Source: an uncultured Gemmatimonadaceae bacterium (GTDB taxonomy: Bacteria > Gemmatimonadota > Gemmatimonadetes > Gemmatimonadales > Gemmatimonadaceae). Taken from it: a DNA stretch of 64,000 nucleotides. The position numbers and the translations under genes are program-made. Of the stretch, positions 1 through 9,743 are shown piece after piece (the first letter of the stretch is position 1; every line of letters begins with the position of its first letter). Below the pieces are notes generated by a model. The model did no database searches. It was not told the DNA's origin and saw only the letters and a list, made by a program, of their open reading frames with translations. The DNA lies in assembly GCA_963790305.1 (NCBI GenBank), contig CAWBOC010000003.1, positions 1-64,000 on the forward strand. Direction: 5' to 3'.

Positions 1-168
1 CTTCGCGAGGCGTTCGCCGGCGAGGGCCTCGGTCACGAGCGCGCCCACGATGTTCAGAGGAGACGCTAGCAGCTCCTCGACCGTGCGCACACCCTCGGCG
101 ACGAACAACGCCTGACGCTCACGCGCTTTACGCCGCTGCAGATCACGCGCAAGGGAGAGCAGCTTCAT
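1..168 (-). CDS. TrmH/SpoU-family RNA methyltransferase, 5' part (runs off the window)
   Basis: Hand translation from ATG at 168 gives MKLLSLARDLQRRKARERQALFVAEGVRTVEELLAS, resembling the TrmH N-terminal substrate-binding domain (R..R....F..EG.R.V.E). Confidence 0.75.
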   Translation of the reverse strand, partial: MKLLSLARDLQRRKARERQALFVAEGVRTVEELLASPLNIVGALVTEALAGERLAK

Positions 169-246
169 GTTGGCGGGAAAATCGTATCTGGAATGGGATT
201 TGCCCCGCCAGCCGCCGTACGCGGGCACACCTGGAGAGCCAAACCT

Positions 247-1050
247 ATGAAACGAAACATCTTGGTGGTCGGAGCCGTGGCGGTGCTTGCCGCCTGCGGC
301 GTCTCGACGCAGCAGGAAGTTGAGATGGGACAGACGTACTCGCAACAGATCAACGCTCAGCTTCCAATCGTATCGGATCCCGAAATCAATCGATACGTCA
401 ATGTGCTGGGCGACTCGATCGCGAGACTGTCAGACGAGCGCAACCTCGAGTGGCAGTTCTACATCGTCGACAGCCGAGAGGTGAACGCGTTCGCGGTCCC
501 TGGCGGCTTCATCTACATCAATCGAGGACTCATCGAGCGCGCGCAAAATCTCTCGATGCTGGCCGGGGTGCTCGGACACGAGATCGGGCACGTGATCGAG
601 CGGCACTCGGTTCAGCAGATGGAAAAGGCGCAGCAAGCGAACATTGGCGTGACGCTGGCGTGCATCCTCACGAAGGTCTGCGAGAGCCAGGCTGCTGGCG
701 CATTGATCAACGTTGCCGGGACCGCCGTTTTCGCGAAGTTCAGCCGTGACGACGAGCGTGAGGCAGATCGGGACGGCATCACGTACGTCACCCGCGCGGG
801 AATCGACCCACGTGGAATCCCGGCGATGTTCCGCGTGCTGCTCGCCGAGCGCAATCGGAACTCGGGGGCGGTCGACAGCTGGTTCTCCACGCACCCGCTG
901 GAGGAAGAGCGCATTGCCGAGACAGAGGCGATGATCAAGCAGATCGACGAAGCGATCCTGGAGACGTTGACCACGGACACGCAGAACTATCAGGAGTTCC
1001 GGCGTCGCGTGCAGTCGTTGCCGCCTCCGCCGGCGATGCCGAGAAGCTAG
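247..1050 (+). CDS. M48-family zinc metalloprotease lipoprotein (BepA/LoiP-like)
   Basis: Lipobox VLAAC, VNAFAVPGG, HEIGH zinc motif, FSRDDEREAD and STHP motifs. ATG at 247 preferred over the upstream ORF start. Confidence 0.9.
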   Translation: MKRNILVVGAVAVLAACGVSTQQEVEMGQTYSQQINAQLPIVSDPEINRYVNVLGDSIARLSDERNLEWQFYIVDSREVNAFAVPGGFIYINRGLIERAQNLSMLAGVLGHEIGHVIERHSVQQMEKAQQANIGVTLACILTKVCESQAAGALINVAGTAVFAKFSRDDEREADRDGITYVTRAGIDPRGIPAMFRVLLAERNRNSGAVDSWFSTHPLEEERIAETEAMIKQIDEAILETLTTDTQNYQEFRRRVQSLPPPPAMPRS

Positions 1051-1055
1051 GGGAA

Positions 1056-1136
1056 TCGAGGATGTCGAGGTCGTCGAGGTGGTCAAGGTGAAGTCACCTC
1101 GATCACCTCGACATCCTTGACGGCCTCGACAACCTG
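1056..1136. repeat. Inverted tandem 9-mer array (TCRAGGNNN units), hairpin between convergent genes
   Basis: Left arm tcgaggatg tcgaggtcg tcgaggtgg tcaaggtga; right arm tcacctcga tcacctcga catccttga cggcctcga. Confidence 0.85.
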
Positions 1137-1967
1137 CTAAAGCGTCTCCCGAACTCTCCCTACAAACCCCCGCACCAACTTCTCGAACGACTCCTGGACG
1201 CGAACGCCAACCTCGAGCACCTCCGCGTGCGAGAGCGGCTGGTTCGTCATCCCGGCGGCGTGGTTCGTTATGCAGCTGACGCCCGCCACGCGTATACCGA
1301 TGGCGCGCGCCGTCAACACTTCGGGGACAGTTGACATCCCCACCGCGTCGGCGCCCATCCAGCGCAGCATGCGGACTTCGGCCGGCGTCTCGTACGTCGG
1401 GCCAAGCAGGCCGGCGTAGACTCCCTCCGTCACGGGAATGCCACTGTCGAGGGCGATGTCGCGCAGGATCGAGCGCAGCTCCCGATCGTAAGGCTCCGAC
1501 ATGTCGGGAAAGCGCTCGTCTCCGGCGACGACCGGTCCGATGAGCGGGTTCCGACACATGAGATTGATGTGGTCCTCGATGATCATGAGGTCGCCGGGCC
1601 GAAGCGTGGCTCGAACGCCGCCCGCGGCGTTCGAGACGAACAGCACCCGGGCGCCCAGGGCGTGTGCCACTCTCACCGGCAAGCCAGCGGTCGCAGCCGA
1701 ATGACCTTCGTACAGATGGAAGCGACCGGAGAGCGCGATGACGTCGCACGATTCAATGGAGCCCGCGACGAGACGTCCCGCGTGGCCCGCGACGGTAGAT
1801 GCAGGAAATCCCGGAATGTCGGCGTAGGGAATGTTCGTCGCGCGCTCTATGCGGTCCGCCAGCTGGCCCAGCCCTGAGCCGAGTATGATCGCGATGCGCG
1901 GACGACAGCCGCCCAGCTGCTCGCCGATAAGAGAAGCTGCGCCGGCGATATCCAGACCCGCCGTCAT
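1137..1967 (-). CDS. punA: Purine nucleoside phosphorylase (trimeric type)
   Basis: IILGSGLG, GRFHLYEG, GPTYETPAE, DAVGMSTVPE and SCITN motifs; ATGA overlap with the add stop. Confidence 0.93.
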   Translation of the reverse strand: MTAGLDIAGAASLIGEQLGGCRPRIAIILGSGLGQLADRIERATNIPYADIPGFPASTVAGHAGRLVAGSIESCDVIALSGRFHLYEGHSAATAGLPVRVAHALGARVLFVSNAAGGVRATLRPGDLMIIEDHINLMCRNPLIGPVVAGDERFPDMSEPYDRELRSILRDIALDSGIPVTEGVYAGLLGPTYETPAEVRMLRWMGADAVGMSTVPEVLTARAIGIRVAGVSCITNHAAGMTNQPLSHAEVLEVGVRVQESFEKLVRGFVGRVRETL

Positions 1968-3007
1968 CGCGCCGCCCGACGCAGCCGCTCGATGTCCTCG
2001 GCAGCGCGCTGCAGCAACGTCATCCGCTGCTTCCAGGGAATGAACGCGGATGCGAATCCGTTGAGCGCGATCGCGCACAGCTCTTCGAAGGTGAACGAGT
2101 GGTGCCGCGCCGCGATGAGATACTCGTCGGTCAACGTGGTTCCGCTCATGAGGCGGTTGTCGGTGTTGAGCACGACGTTCATCCCGCGATCGAAGTACTG
2201 CCGCACCGGGTGTGCGTCGAACGACTCGGTCGCGTGCGTCTGCACGTTGCTGGTCAGGCAGACCTCGAGCGCGATCCGTCGGTCATTGACGTAGCTGGTG
2301 AGTGATTCATCCTCGATGAGTCGTGTCGCGTGTCCCAGCCGATGTGCGCCGCACAGATGCACGGCCTGCCGCACCGAATCGGCGCCATCGCCTTCGCCGG
2401 CGTGCACGGTGACCGCAAGATCATGCTGCCGGGCATACGCGAAGGCCTCTGCGTGCGCGCTCGCGGGATGACCGCGCTCACCGCCGGCCAGGTCGAAGCC
2501 CACGACGCCACGGTCGCGATGGGCGACGGCGAGCTTGGCCAGAGCGAGGGACATGGAGGGCTCGAGGTGCCGCAGCCCACACACGATGATGCGCGCGACG
2601 ATGGGGTGATCACGTTCCGCGCGAATCAGCCCACGCGCCGCCGACTCGACGGCCTCGTCGAGCGAGAGTCCCTCACGAATATTGAGCACCGGGGCGTAAC
2701 GGACCTCCAGGTACCGGACGCCGTCGCGTGCGGCATCGGCAGCAAGCTCGTACGCGATCCGCTCGATCGCCTCGGCGCGCTGCATCACCGACAGCGTGAT
2801 AGTGAACCGCTCGAGATACTCCTCGAGGTTGTGCGCGTCTTTCACGACCATGTGCTCACGAAGCGCGTCGGGGTCATCCACCGGCATCGTTTGGCCGTAC
2901 TCACGCGCCAGCTCCAGCATCGTCTCGGCCCGAACCGATCCATCGAGGTGGCAATGCAGCTCCGCCTTGGGAAGCACGCGGAGCAACTCTCGGGTAATCG
3001 CGGGCAT
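1964..3007 (-). CDS. add: Adenosine deaminase
   Basis: PKAELHCHLDGS, GFDLAG, TVHAGE, RLGH, EVCLTSN and NTDN motifs. Confidence 0.95.
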   Translation of the reverse strand: MPAITRELLRVLPKAELHCHLDGSVRAETMLELAREYGQTMPVDDPDALREHMVVKDAHNLEEYLERFTITLSVMQRAEAIERIAYELAADAARDGVRYLEVRYAPVLNIREGLSLDEAVESAARGLIRAERDHPIVARIIVCGLRHLEPSMSLALAKLAVAHRDRGVVGFDLAGGERGHPASAHAEAFAYARQHDLAVTVHAGEGDGADSVRQAVHLCGAHRLGHATRLIEDESLTSYVNDRRIALEVCLTSNVQTHATESFDAHPVRQYFDRGMNVVLNTDNRLMSGTTLTDEYLIAARHHSFTFEELCAIALNGFASAFIPWKQRMTLLQRAAEDIERLRRAAR

Positions 3008-3010
3008 GGG

Positions 3011-3232
3011 CTATTTGGCGGAGCGGGATCCGACGACCCGAAGAATGGACCCGGGCGCCACGCCATCGACGAGCGACGCAGGCAGGCCGCGGCTATCGGT
3101 GACGGCTCGCTCGCCCCGCGCCACGGCGCCCGCCTCGTCGGCATTCCACTCGCGCAGCGCGTCCTCGACGGTAGAGCCGCGAGGAAGATCGATCGCCTGC
3201 GCGTTCACGTAGACGCGGATGGTGCCGCTCAC
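3011..3232 (-). CDS. Small ThiS/MoaD-like beta-grasp protein lacking the C-terminal GG
   Basis: 73 aa with IRVYVNAQAIDLPRGSTVEDAL and GSILRVV, a ubiquitin-like pattern; tightly packed between the nucleotidase and add. Confidence 0.6.
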   Translation of the reverse strand: MSGTIRVYVNAQAIDLPRGSTVEDALREWNADEAGAVARGERAVTDSRGLPASLVDGVAPGSILRVVGSRSAK

Positions 3233-6200
3233 GAGCCAACCTGAACAATGCGTCGCTCAGTGGGGGCTCGCACGGGCTGCGGCATCTGCTCGAGATAGTC
3301 GATCAGCGCGTCGAGATCGATGATTGGCAACGGCTCTGTGCGCAGCGCCTCGGCGCCGAGGGCGAGACCATCGCCGCCGGAGGCCATGAAGTTGTTCATC
3401 ACCAGGGTGTATTGCGCGTCGTCGGCAATCTCGCGGCCATCGGCGAGGCGCGCGGAGACGATCCGCTGTCCCGCGGGTCGCTGCGGATCGTAGGACAGCG
3501 TCACTCCACTGACGTGCACGCGGGGCGGCGTCCGTCCGCCGAGCAGCTTCTCGAGGTACACCCGCAGCGCGCGACCGCGCAGCGTGTATCGGTATAGCGT
3601 ATTCGCGAAGGGCTGAACCTCGAAAATACGCCCGTACGTCGCCGTCCCCGCCGGAAGGTCGGCGCGAATACCGCCATTATTGGTCACCGCGACATCCGCC
3701 TTGCCCGCCCAGCGCTGTGCATCCGCGATCAGGTGTCCGAGCGGGTACTGTTCCCCCGATCGCTGCAGATGCGCCGGGATCTCGGCAACCCGTGCGCTCA
3801 CTCGAGACGCAACGGCCGCCAGCGCCGCGCGCGCCAGTGAGTCGATGCGGGCCGAAGGAACGATCGAGTCGGTGAGCACGTCGCGAACGCTGACGACAGG
3901 GACTTCACCGGGCACCAGATCGATCACGCCGACTGCGCGCCCGTTCGATCGCGCCTGCACGATGGGGACGCCAGGATCGACGGTGCGCACCAGCGAGTGC
4001 GTGTGGCCGCTCACGATCACGTCCACCGCGCCGGTCACGCCTGTGGCCAGGTCGACGATCTCGCCGGTGCAGCGATCGTCGCCCTCATCGTCGCAGAAGG
4101 CCCCGGCATGGGCAACGACGGCCACGAGGTGTGCCCCCCGCGCTCGCAGCGCCTGTGCGCGCTGGACGACGATCGGAACGGGATCGACAAAGCGGAGATC
4201 GCTCACGTTCGCCGCGAGAGTTACCCGCGGAGTCTCGACCGTCGCCACGCCAACGATGCCAACGCGCACGCCGTTTACCTCGACCAGCGTGTCGTTACGG
4301 ATCCACGGAACGTCGCGGCCGTCGGCATACTGGACGTTGGCTCCGAGGATCGCATAACGAGCCTCGCGCATCCGCGCCCGCAGCGTGTCCTGACCCCAGT
4401 CGAACTCGTGATTGCCCAGCGCCGCCGCCGTGTAGCCAAGCGCGTCGTAGATCCTGACGACGGAGCGGCCGAAGACCAGGTTCGAGGCGGGAGTACCCTG
4501 GAACATGTCACCGCCATCGAGGAGGAGCACGGCGCACTCGGCGCATTCCCGCCGCGCTTGCTCAATGACGCTCGCGACCGCCGCCGCGCCGCCCCGACGG
4601 ACGCCCCGGGCGTCGACGCGCGACTCCAGCGTTCCGTGGAAGTCGTTCGTGGCGATGATGCGGACGCGTCGCGGCAGCGCGCGGACTCGTGGGGCCGGAC
4701 CCGTGACCGGAGACCGCGTTGGAGCGAACGCACCACGCTGCATGGCGGCGTAGGCGGCGCCAACTGCCGACTGCGGCCGCAACTCCCAGTTGCGGCGGAA
4801 GACGTCCGTCGGCTCGAGCGTGCCGCGACGGCGCACCTCATCGATGAGCAGCTGGCGGATGTCACCGGTGGACTCGTACAGGACGGGTGCCCCGGCGAGC
4901 ATCGCGTACCCGCCGCCGCCCGTCTGCCGATAGTTGTTGAGCGCGAAGGTGAAGGAGTCGTCATCCCGAACGGGTCGGCCGTCGACTTCCAGCCGCGTTA
5001 TGCGCGACCCGGCCGGCTTCGAGACGTCGATCGTGTAATCGGCGCCGGCCACGACGTCATAGTTGTAGCCGGGCATTCTCGGATCGACGGCGGGCTCGCT
5101 CGTCCCGGCCGTCCCGAAGTATCGCGCGCTGAATTCGAGATACTCGCGCAGCTGCTTTCCGGTGATTCGGATCGCGCGCAGGGTGTTGTCGTATGGATAC
5201 AGTCGCGCGAGCTCGGCGACGGTGATCGCGCCGGTGTCGAGCGAGGCCTCGAGCGAAAATGCGGCGGTCGATGCCAACTGTGTCCCGGCGGCGCGGCGCT
5301 GCGTCTCGAGAATGAAGTCGATGATCGGCGAGTCGACGACGCGGGAGGAGTCGGCGCGCCAGGCAACCGTCGTTCGCCCGACGGCCATGGTTACATAGCT
5401 CGTCGCCTCCTGGTGGGCGCGATCGGTCGCCGCAAGCACCGCATCCGATTCCCGTCGCCCAGCGGTGGGGATCACCTCGCCGCGCCTTGCGGCCACCGTC
5501 CACCGTCCCCCATTCCGACGCAGCTGCAGATGCGCCACTGCAACGCTCCCCGCCCAATTCCGGGGCTGTACGAGCATCGTCGTCCCGATCGTCGTGTCGG
5601 CAACCTCCCGGTGTGAATGCCCGAACACGATGAGATCGATGCCTTCCACCTCACGAGCCACCCGTGCGGAGACGTTCTCGCCCGCCGCCCCGGTCGAGGC
5701 GGTGTCGTAGCTGGATGCGCCACCGAGCCCCGAGTGCAAAACGACCACGACGACATCGGCGCCTGCCCGGCGCGCTTCCTGAACGGAGCTGCGAACATCA
5801 GGGACAATGGAGCGAACCGTTACGCGCCCGCGCACGTTATCGCGGTCCCACACGTTCACCCCTGGCGTCGTCCCACCGATGATCGCGATGCGCGCGCCGG
5901 CTCGCTCCACCATCGTCCACGCGCGATACTTGCGCGTTCCGTCTACGCGATACGTGTTGGTGGACAGGAACGGAAACCGCGCCTGGCCCACGGCGCGGTC
6001 GAGAAATGGAACTCCGTAGTTGAACTCGTGATTGCCGATCGCGGCGGCGTCATATTGCATGGCGTTCATCGCGCCGATAATCGGGCTCAGCGTATCGCTG
6101 GACACGTGCGCCGCGGTATACGCCAACGGATTGCCCTGAAGAAGATCGCCCGCGTCGACGAGCACCACCCGTCCCGGATGCGCAGCGCGCAGCGAATCGA

Positions 6201-6387
6201 CGATCGTCGCTGCGCGGGTGAGCCCTCGAGTGGTGTCGGCGGAGTTCGCGTAGTAGTCCCACCCCCGAAGCCACCCATGAACATCGGTGGTCCCCGCCAC
6301 GATGAGCTCGGCGGTAGCGGGCGTATCGGCCGCGCGCGGGGCGGTTGCGCAGGCGGCAAGTAGTATCGCGAGTGCAAGTCGATGCAT
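3229..6387 (-). CDS. Multifunctional 2',3'-cyclic-nucleotide phosphodiesterase / 5'-nucleotidase lipoprotein with two tandem metallophosphatase plus 5'-nucleotidase-C modules (YfkN/CpdB-like)
   Basis: Lipobox LLAAC; module 1 TTDVHG, DAGDLLQG, GNHEFNYG, GHSH; module 2 TNDFHG, DGGDMFQG, GNHEFDWG, GHTH, NNGGIR. Confidence 0.92.
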   Translation of the reverse strand: MHRLALAILLAACATAPRAADTPATAELIVAGTTDVHGWLRGWDYYANSADTTRGLTRAATIVDSLRAAHPGRVVLVDAGDLLQGNPLAYTAAHVSSDTLSPIIGAMNAMQYDAAAIGNHEFNYGVPFLDRAVGQARFPFLSTNTYRVDGTRKYRAWTMVERAGARIAIIGGTTPGVNVWDRDNVRGRVTVRSIVPDVRSSVQEARRAGADVVVVVLHSGLGGASSYDTASTGAAGENVSARVAREVEGIDLIVFGHSHREVADTTIGTTMLVQPRNWAGSVAVAHLQLRRNGGRWTVAARRGEVIPTAGRRESDAVLAATDRAHQEATSYVTMAVGRTTVAWRADSSRVVDSPIIDFILETQRRAAGTQLASTAAFSLEASLDTGAITVAELARLYPYDNTLRAIRITGKQLREYLEFSARYFGTAGTSEPAVDPRMPGYNYDVVAGADYTIDVSKPAGSRITRLEVDGRPVRDDDSFTFALNNYRQTGGGGYAMLAGAPVLYESTGDIRQLLIDEVRRRGTLEPTDVFRRNWELRPQSAVGAAYAAMQRGAFAPTRSPVTGPAPRVRALPRRVRIIATNDFHGTLESRVDARGVRRGGAAAVASVIEQARRECAECAVLLLDGGDMFQGTPASNLVFGRSVVRIYDALGYTAAALGNHEFDWGQDTLRARMREARYAILGANVQYADGRDVPWIRNDTLVEVNGVRVGIVGVATVETPRVTLAANVSDLRFVDPVPIVVQRAQALRARGAHLVAVVAHAGAFCDDEGDDRCTGEIVDLATGVTGAVDVIVSGHTHSLVRTVDPGVPIVQARSNGRAVGVIDLVPGEVPVVSVRDVLTDSIVPSARIDSLARAALAAVASRVSARVAEIPAHLQRSGEQYPLGHLIADAQRWAGKADVAVTNNGGIRADLPAGTATYGRIFEVQPFANTLYRYTLRGRALRVYLEKLLGGRTPPRVHVSGVTLSYDPQRPAGQRIVSARLADGREIADDAQYTLVMNNFMASGGDGLALGAEALRTEPLPIIDLDALIDYLEQMPQPVRAPTERRIVQVGS

Positions 6388-6390
6388 GGA

Positions 6391-6494
6391 TAAAGGTGCT
6401 CAGGGTGCTCGACGTGCTCAAGGTGCTCCAGGGCACGGCAGTCCCCTTGAGCACCTCGAGCACCTCGAGCACCTTGAGCACCTTGAGCACCTTA
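6391..6494. repeat. Inverted tandem 9-mer array (TCRAGGTGC units) in a divergent promoter region
   Basis: Four left units (taaaggtgc, tcagggtgc, tcgacgtgc, tcaaggtgc) and five right units of ct(t/c)gagcac. Confidence 0.88.
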
Positions 6495-6532
6495 GTTACT
6501 CAACCGTGACCTTCCATTCGCTTCCTGTTCAC
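6494..6532 (+). promoter_or_regulatory. Putative Pho box upstream of udk-phoB-phoR
   Basis: Hexamers at exact 11-bp spacing: AGTTAC 6494, CGTGAC 6505, (ATTCGC 6516), GTTCAC 6527. Confidence 0.5.
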
Positions 6533-6534
6533 CG

Positions 6535-7161
6535 GTGAAACCGCTCATCATCGGCATTGCCGGCGGCTCCGGCTCCGGGAAGACGACCGTCGCACGGCGC
6601 GTCGCCGACGCGCTCGACACTTCATCGGTCGCGTTCATCGACATGGACGCGTACTACCGGAACTTCACGAACCTTTCGGCCGAGGAGCGCAAGTACGTCA
6701 ACTGGGATCATCCGGACGCATTCGATCTCGATCTTTTCGCGTCGCAGATGTCGGCGCTTGCCACTGGACACGCTATCGAAAAGCCCGTCTACGACTTCGT
6801 CGAGCACGGCCGGCGACCCGAGCCGGAGCGCGTCGAGCCAGCTGACGTCATCGTCATCGATGGGATCCTTCTCTTCGTCGATCGCCGATTGCGCGATCTC
6901 TGCGATGTAAAAGTGTACGTCGATGCCGACGCCGACATTCGACTCATCCGCCGCATCGAGCGCGACTTGCTTGCCCGCGGCCGGCCGCTGGAGGAGATTC
7001 TGACTCAGTACCTCACGACGGTGCGCCCAATGCATCTCGAGTTCGTCGAGCCCAGCAAGCGGTGGGCGGACGTCATCGTCCCGCAGGGAGGCCATAACGT
7101 CGTGGCCACCGAAATGATCGTGGCGAAGATCCAACGACGTTTGGCGGAGAGCCGACAGTGA
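6535..7161 (+). CDS. udk: Uridine kinase
   Basis: IIGIAGGSGSGKTT P-loop, NWDHPDAFD, RLIRRIERD, VRPMHLEFVEPSK. Confidence 0.95.
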   Translation: MKPLIIGIAGGSGSGKTTVARRVADALDTSSVAFIDMDAYYRNFTNLSAEERKYVNWDHPDAFDLDLFASQMSALATGHAIEKPVYDFVEHGRRPEPERVEPADVIVIDGILLFVDRRLRDLCDVKVYVDADADIRLIRRIERDLLARGRPLEEILTQYLTTVRPMHLEFVEPSKRWADVIVPQGGHNVVATEMIVAKIQRRLAESRQ

Positions 7162-7877
7162 GCGCGGCGTCGACCGGCGGCGAGCGCGTGCTCATCGTGG
7201 ACGACGAGCCCGACATTCTTGCGCTCTGCAGCTATCATCTTGCCCGAGCCGGATACCGCGTCTCCACTGCTGCGAGCGGACCCGACGGCCTTCGCGCCGC
7301 TCGCGAAGAGCGTCCCGCGCTGATCGTGCTCGATCTCATGCTGCCCGGTATGTCCGGGTTCGACGTCCTCGAGCGCATTCGGGCCGACGTCGCCACACGC
7401 GACATCGCCGTCTTGATGCTCACTGCGCGGCGGGAAGAGCCCGACCGCCTTCGCGGACTCTCGCTCGGCGCCGACGACTACCTGACCAAGCCGTTCAGCC
7501 CGCCGGAGCTCGTGCTACGAGTCGGCGCGATCCTCCGACGCACGTCGGGCGCGGCCGTGTCACCAACCGATCATTCGACGGTCGGCCCGATCGGCATCGA
7601 TCGCGCTGCGCATCGCGTTTCGATCGACGGTCAGGAGATCGAGCTCACGCCGACGGAGTACAAGCTGTTGCTGACGCTGGCCGAGCGACGGGGACGGGTG
7701 CAGGGGCGTGCCCACCTGCTCGAGACCGTCTGGGACGCGGCGCCCGACATTCAGACGCGCACCGTCGACATGCACGTCCAGCGCCTGCGCGCGAAGCTGG
7801 GCCCCGCGGGCGAGCTCATCGAGACGGTACGCGGGTTCGGGTATCGGCTGCGCGCCGCACAGACGCGGAGTGCGTAG
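7158..7877 (+). CDS. phoB: OmpR/PhoB-family response regulator, probably PhoB
   Basis: REC domain (DDE, LDLMLP, GADDYLTKPF) plus winged helix (LTPTEYKLL, RTVDMHVQRLR, ETVRGFGY); next to the pst operon. Confidence 0.85.
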   Translation: MSAASTGGERVLIVDDEPDILALCSYHLARAGYRVSTAASGPDGLRAAREERPALIVLDLMLPGMSGFDVLERIRADVATRDIAVLMLTARREEPDRLRGLSLGADDYLTKPFSPPELVLRVGAILRRTSGAAVSPTDHSTVGPIGIDRAAHRVSIDGQEIELTPTEYKLLLTLAERRGRVQGRAHLLETVWDAAPDIQTRTVDMHVQRLRAKLGPAGELIETVRGFGYRLRAAQTRSA

Positions 7878-7904
7878 TGTGCCCCCCATGACGCGCAGGC
7901 TGCG

Positions 7905-9614
7905 GTGCGGCTAGCACAGCGGCTGCTCCTCGGCTCTCTTCTCGTCATCGGCGTCATCCTCGTCCTGGTGATCGCGCTCAGCGAGCGCGGACTCCGGGAC
8001 GGAATGCTTCGCGCGATGACCGATCGTATGGAGGCTGACGCTCGCCTGCTCGGCGCGCTCTGGCGTCCGCGTGTCAACGCTGATTCGCTCGCCGACGCCA
8101 CGGCGGCGCTGCTTGGATTCCGCGTCACGCTGATCGACACTACCGGAACGGTCATTGGCGATTCGCAGTTCGACCCCCCGGCGCTCGCGCGTCTCGAGAA
8201 TCACGCCGCGAGACCCGAGATCGTTGCTGCCCGCAATGCGCCGCACGGCGCCGACCTTCGCGTGAGTCCCTCGGTCGGAGATGAAGAGCTCTACGTCGCG
8301 GTGCGCTGCCCTCTTGGGTTCGCGCGCGTCGCTGTCTCCACCGCGGAGGTCGACCGCACCATTGCCGGCGCAGGACAGTCGGTGTTGATCGCCGGTGTCA
8401 TCGGAGCGGTGGTGGCCATCGTGTTGGCGTTGCTGTTCGCGCGCACCATCTCGAGGCCGGTCGAGGAGCTGAGCGCGGTGGCGCGTGAGATCGCGGCTGG
8501 CGATCTCTCGAAACGTCCAACCCTTGCCGCGCCGGGCGAGGTCGGCGATCTCGCCGACGCGCTCCAGCGGATGACCGAGCAGCTGTCGAGTCGCCTCGTT
8601 GCTCTCGAGGAAGAAGACGTGCTCCTGAATGCGGTGATCGAATCGCTCAACGAGGCGGTGGTCGCCGTCGACGCACGCCGTCAGGTCGTGCGTATCAACG
8701 ACTCGGCACGACGCCTTCTTGCCGTTCGCGCTGCAACTCCCTTCTCGGCCGATTTGCTCCCCCGCGACCGCGAGCTCCGCGATGCGCTCGGGGTGGCCAT
8801 GGCCGGCCGCTCGGTCGATGGCGTCGAGTTCTCATTGGCGGGGCGAACGGTGGCCCTGGCCTCGCGACCGCTTGCACGAGGCGGGGCCGTCCTGGCAGCG
8901 TTCGACCTCACGGAGGTCCGCCGGCTGGAGACGATCCGGCGGGACTTCGTCGCCAACGTCTCCCACGAGCTGAAGACACCACTCACGGTGATCGGCGGAT
9001 TCGCCGAGACGCTGGCGGACCCCGCCGTGCCCGCTCCCGAGCGCCAGCGGTTCGCGGAGACGATCGTGACCAACGTTCGCCGCATGCAGCGCATCGTCGA
9101 TGATCTGCTCGACCTGTCCCGCATTGAATCCGGTGGGTGGGTTCCGCAGCCCGCTCGCGTCGACGTGGCGGCGGCCGCGAGTGATGCGATTCTTCCGTGC
9201 CGCGATAGCGCGCGCGAGAAGGGCGTAACTCTGGACCTCGACGTTCCGCGGGACGCGGCCACGGCACATGCCGATCCCACCGCTGTCCGACAGGTGATCG
9301 CCAATCTCGTCGACAACGCGATTCGCTATACGCCCCGGGGAGGGCGCGTCACCGTCGTTGCCGAGCGAGAAGGCGGCGGGGTGTGGCTCGGCGTGCGCGA
9401 CACGGGGGTCGGCATTCCTGTCGAGCACCTGTCCCGCATCTTCGAGCGCTTCTATCGGGTGGATCCTGCCCGGTCTCGTGAGGCAGGCGGAACGGGGCTA
9501 GGCCTCGCGATCGTCAGACATCTTGCCGAGGCACATGGGGGCCGTGTGCGCGCTGAGAGCGTGCTCGGCCGGGGCACCGCCATCGCGGCGTTCTTCCCGG
9601 ACCAGCGGAGCTGA
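7905..9614 (+). CDS. phoR: Sensor histidine kinase, PhoR-like (2 TM, HAMP, PAS, HisKA, HATPase)
   Basis: RRDFVANVSHELKTPLT, NLVDNAIRY, IFERFYRVD and GGTGLGLAIV motifs. Confidence 0.88.
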   Translation: MRLAQRLLLGSLLVIGVILVLVIALSERGLRDGMLRAMTDRMEADARLLGALWRPRVNADSLADATAALLGFRVTLIDTTGTVIGDSQFDPPALARLENHAARPEIVAARNAPHGADLRVSPSVGDEELYVAVRCPLGFARVAVSTAEVDRTIAGAGQSVLIAGVIGAVVAIVLALLFARTISRPVEELSAVAREIAAGDLSKRPTLAAPGEVGDLADALQRMTEQLSSRLVALEEEDVLLNAVIESLNEAVVAVDARRQVVRINDSARRLLAVRAATPFSADLLPRDRELRDALGVAMAGRSVDGVEFSLAGRTVALASRPLARGGAVLAAFDLTEVRRLETIRRDFVANVSHELKTPLTVIGGFAETLADPAVPAPERQRFAETIVTNVRRMQRIVDDLLDLSRIESGGWVPQPARVDVAAAASDAILPCRDSAREKGVTLDLDVPRDAATAHADPTAVRQVIANLVDNAIRYTPRGGRVTVVAEREGGGVWLGVRDTGVGIPVEHLSRIFERFYRVDPARSREAGGTGLGLAIVRHLAEAHGGRVRAESVLGRGTAIAAFFPDQRS

Positions 9615-9654
9615 CGTCACGCTCGTCGTGACATGATCGTTGCGCGAGCGTGTG
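9615..9654 (+). promoter_or_regulatory. Putative Pho box upstream of the TonB-dependent receptor
   Basis: CGTCAC 9615, CGTGAC 9627, CGTTGC 9638, CGTGTG 9649 (spacings 12, 11, 11). Confidence 0.45.
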
Positions 9655-9743
9655 GGGTTCGAGACAGGATCGGGGGAATGTTCTGGTGTGACGCGTCACG
9701 CGCCGCTACTTGCGCAGACCACATCCCCTTCTTCGCCCCGCAC

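Noticed and set aside
3997..5616. Long shadow ORFs opposite the nucleotidase (likewise opposite ppk1, lon and glmS)
   Set aside because: They fully overlap well-supported genes, lack motifs and are expected at this GC content.
6050..6538. ORFs with KVLEVL or LEHLEH peptide repeats
   Set aside because: They are translations of the 9-mer DNA array overlapping real genes.
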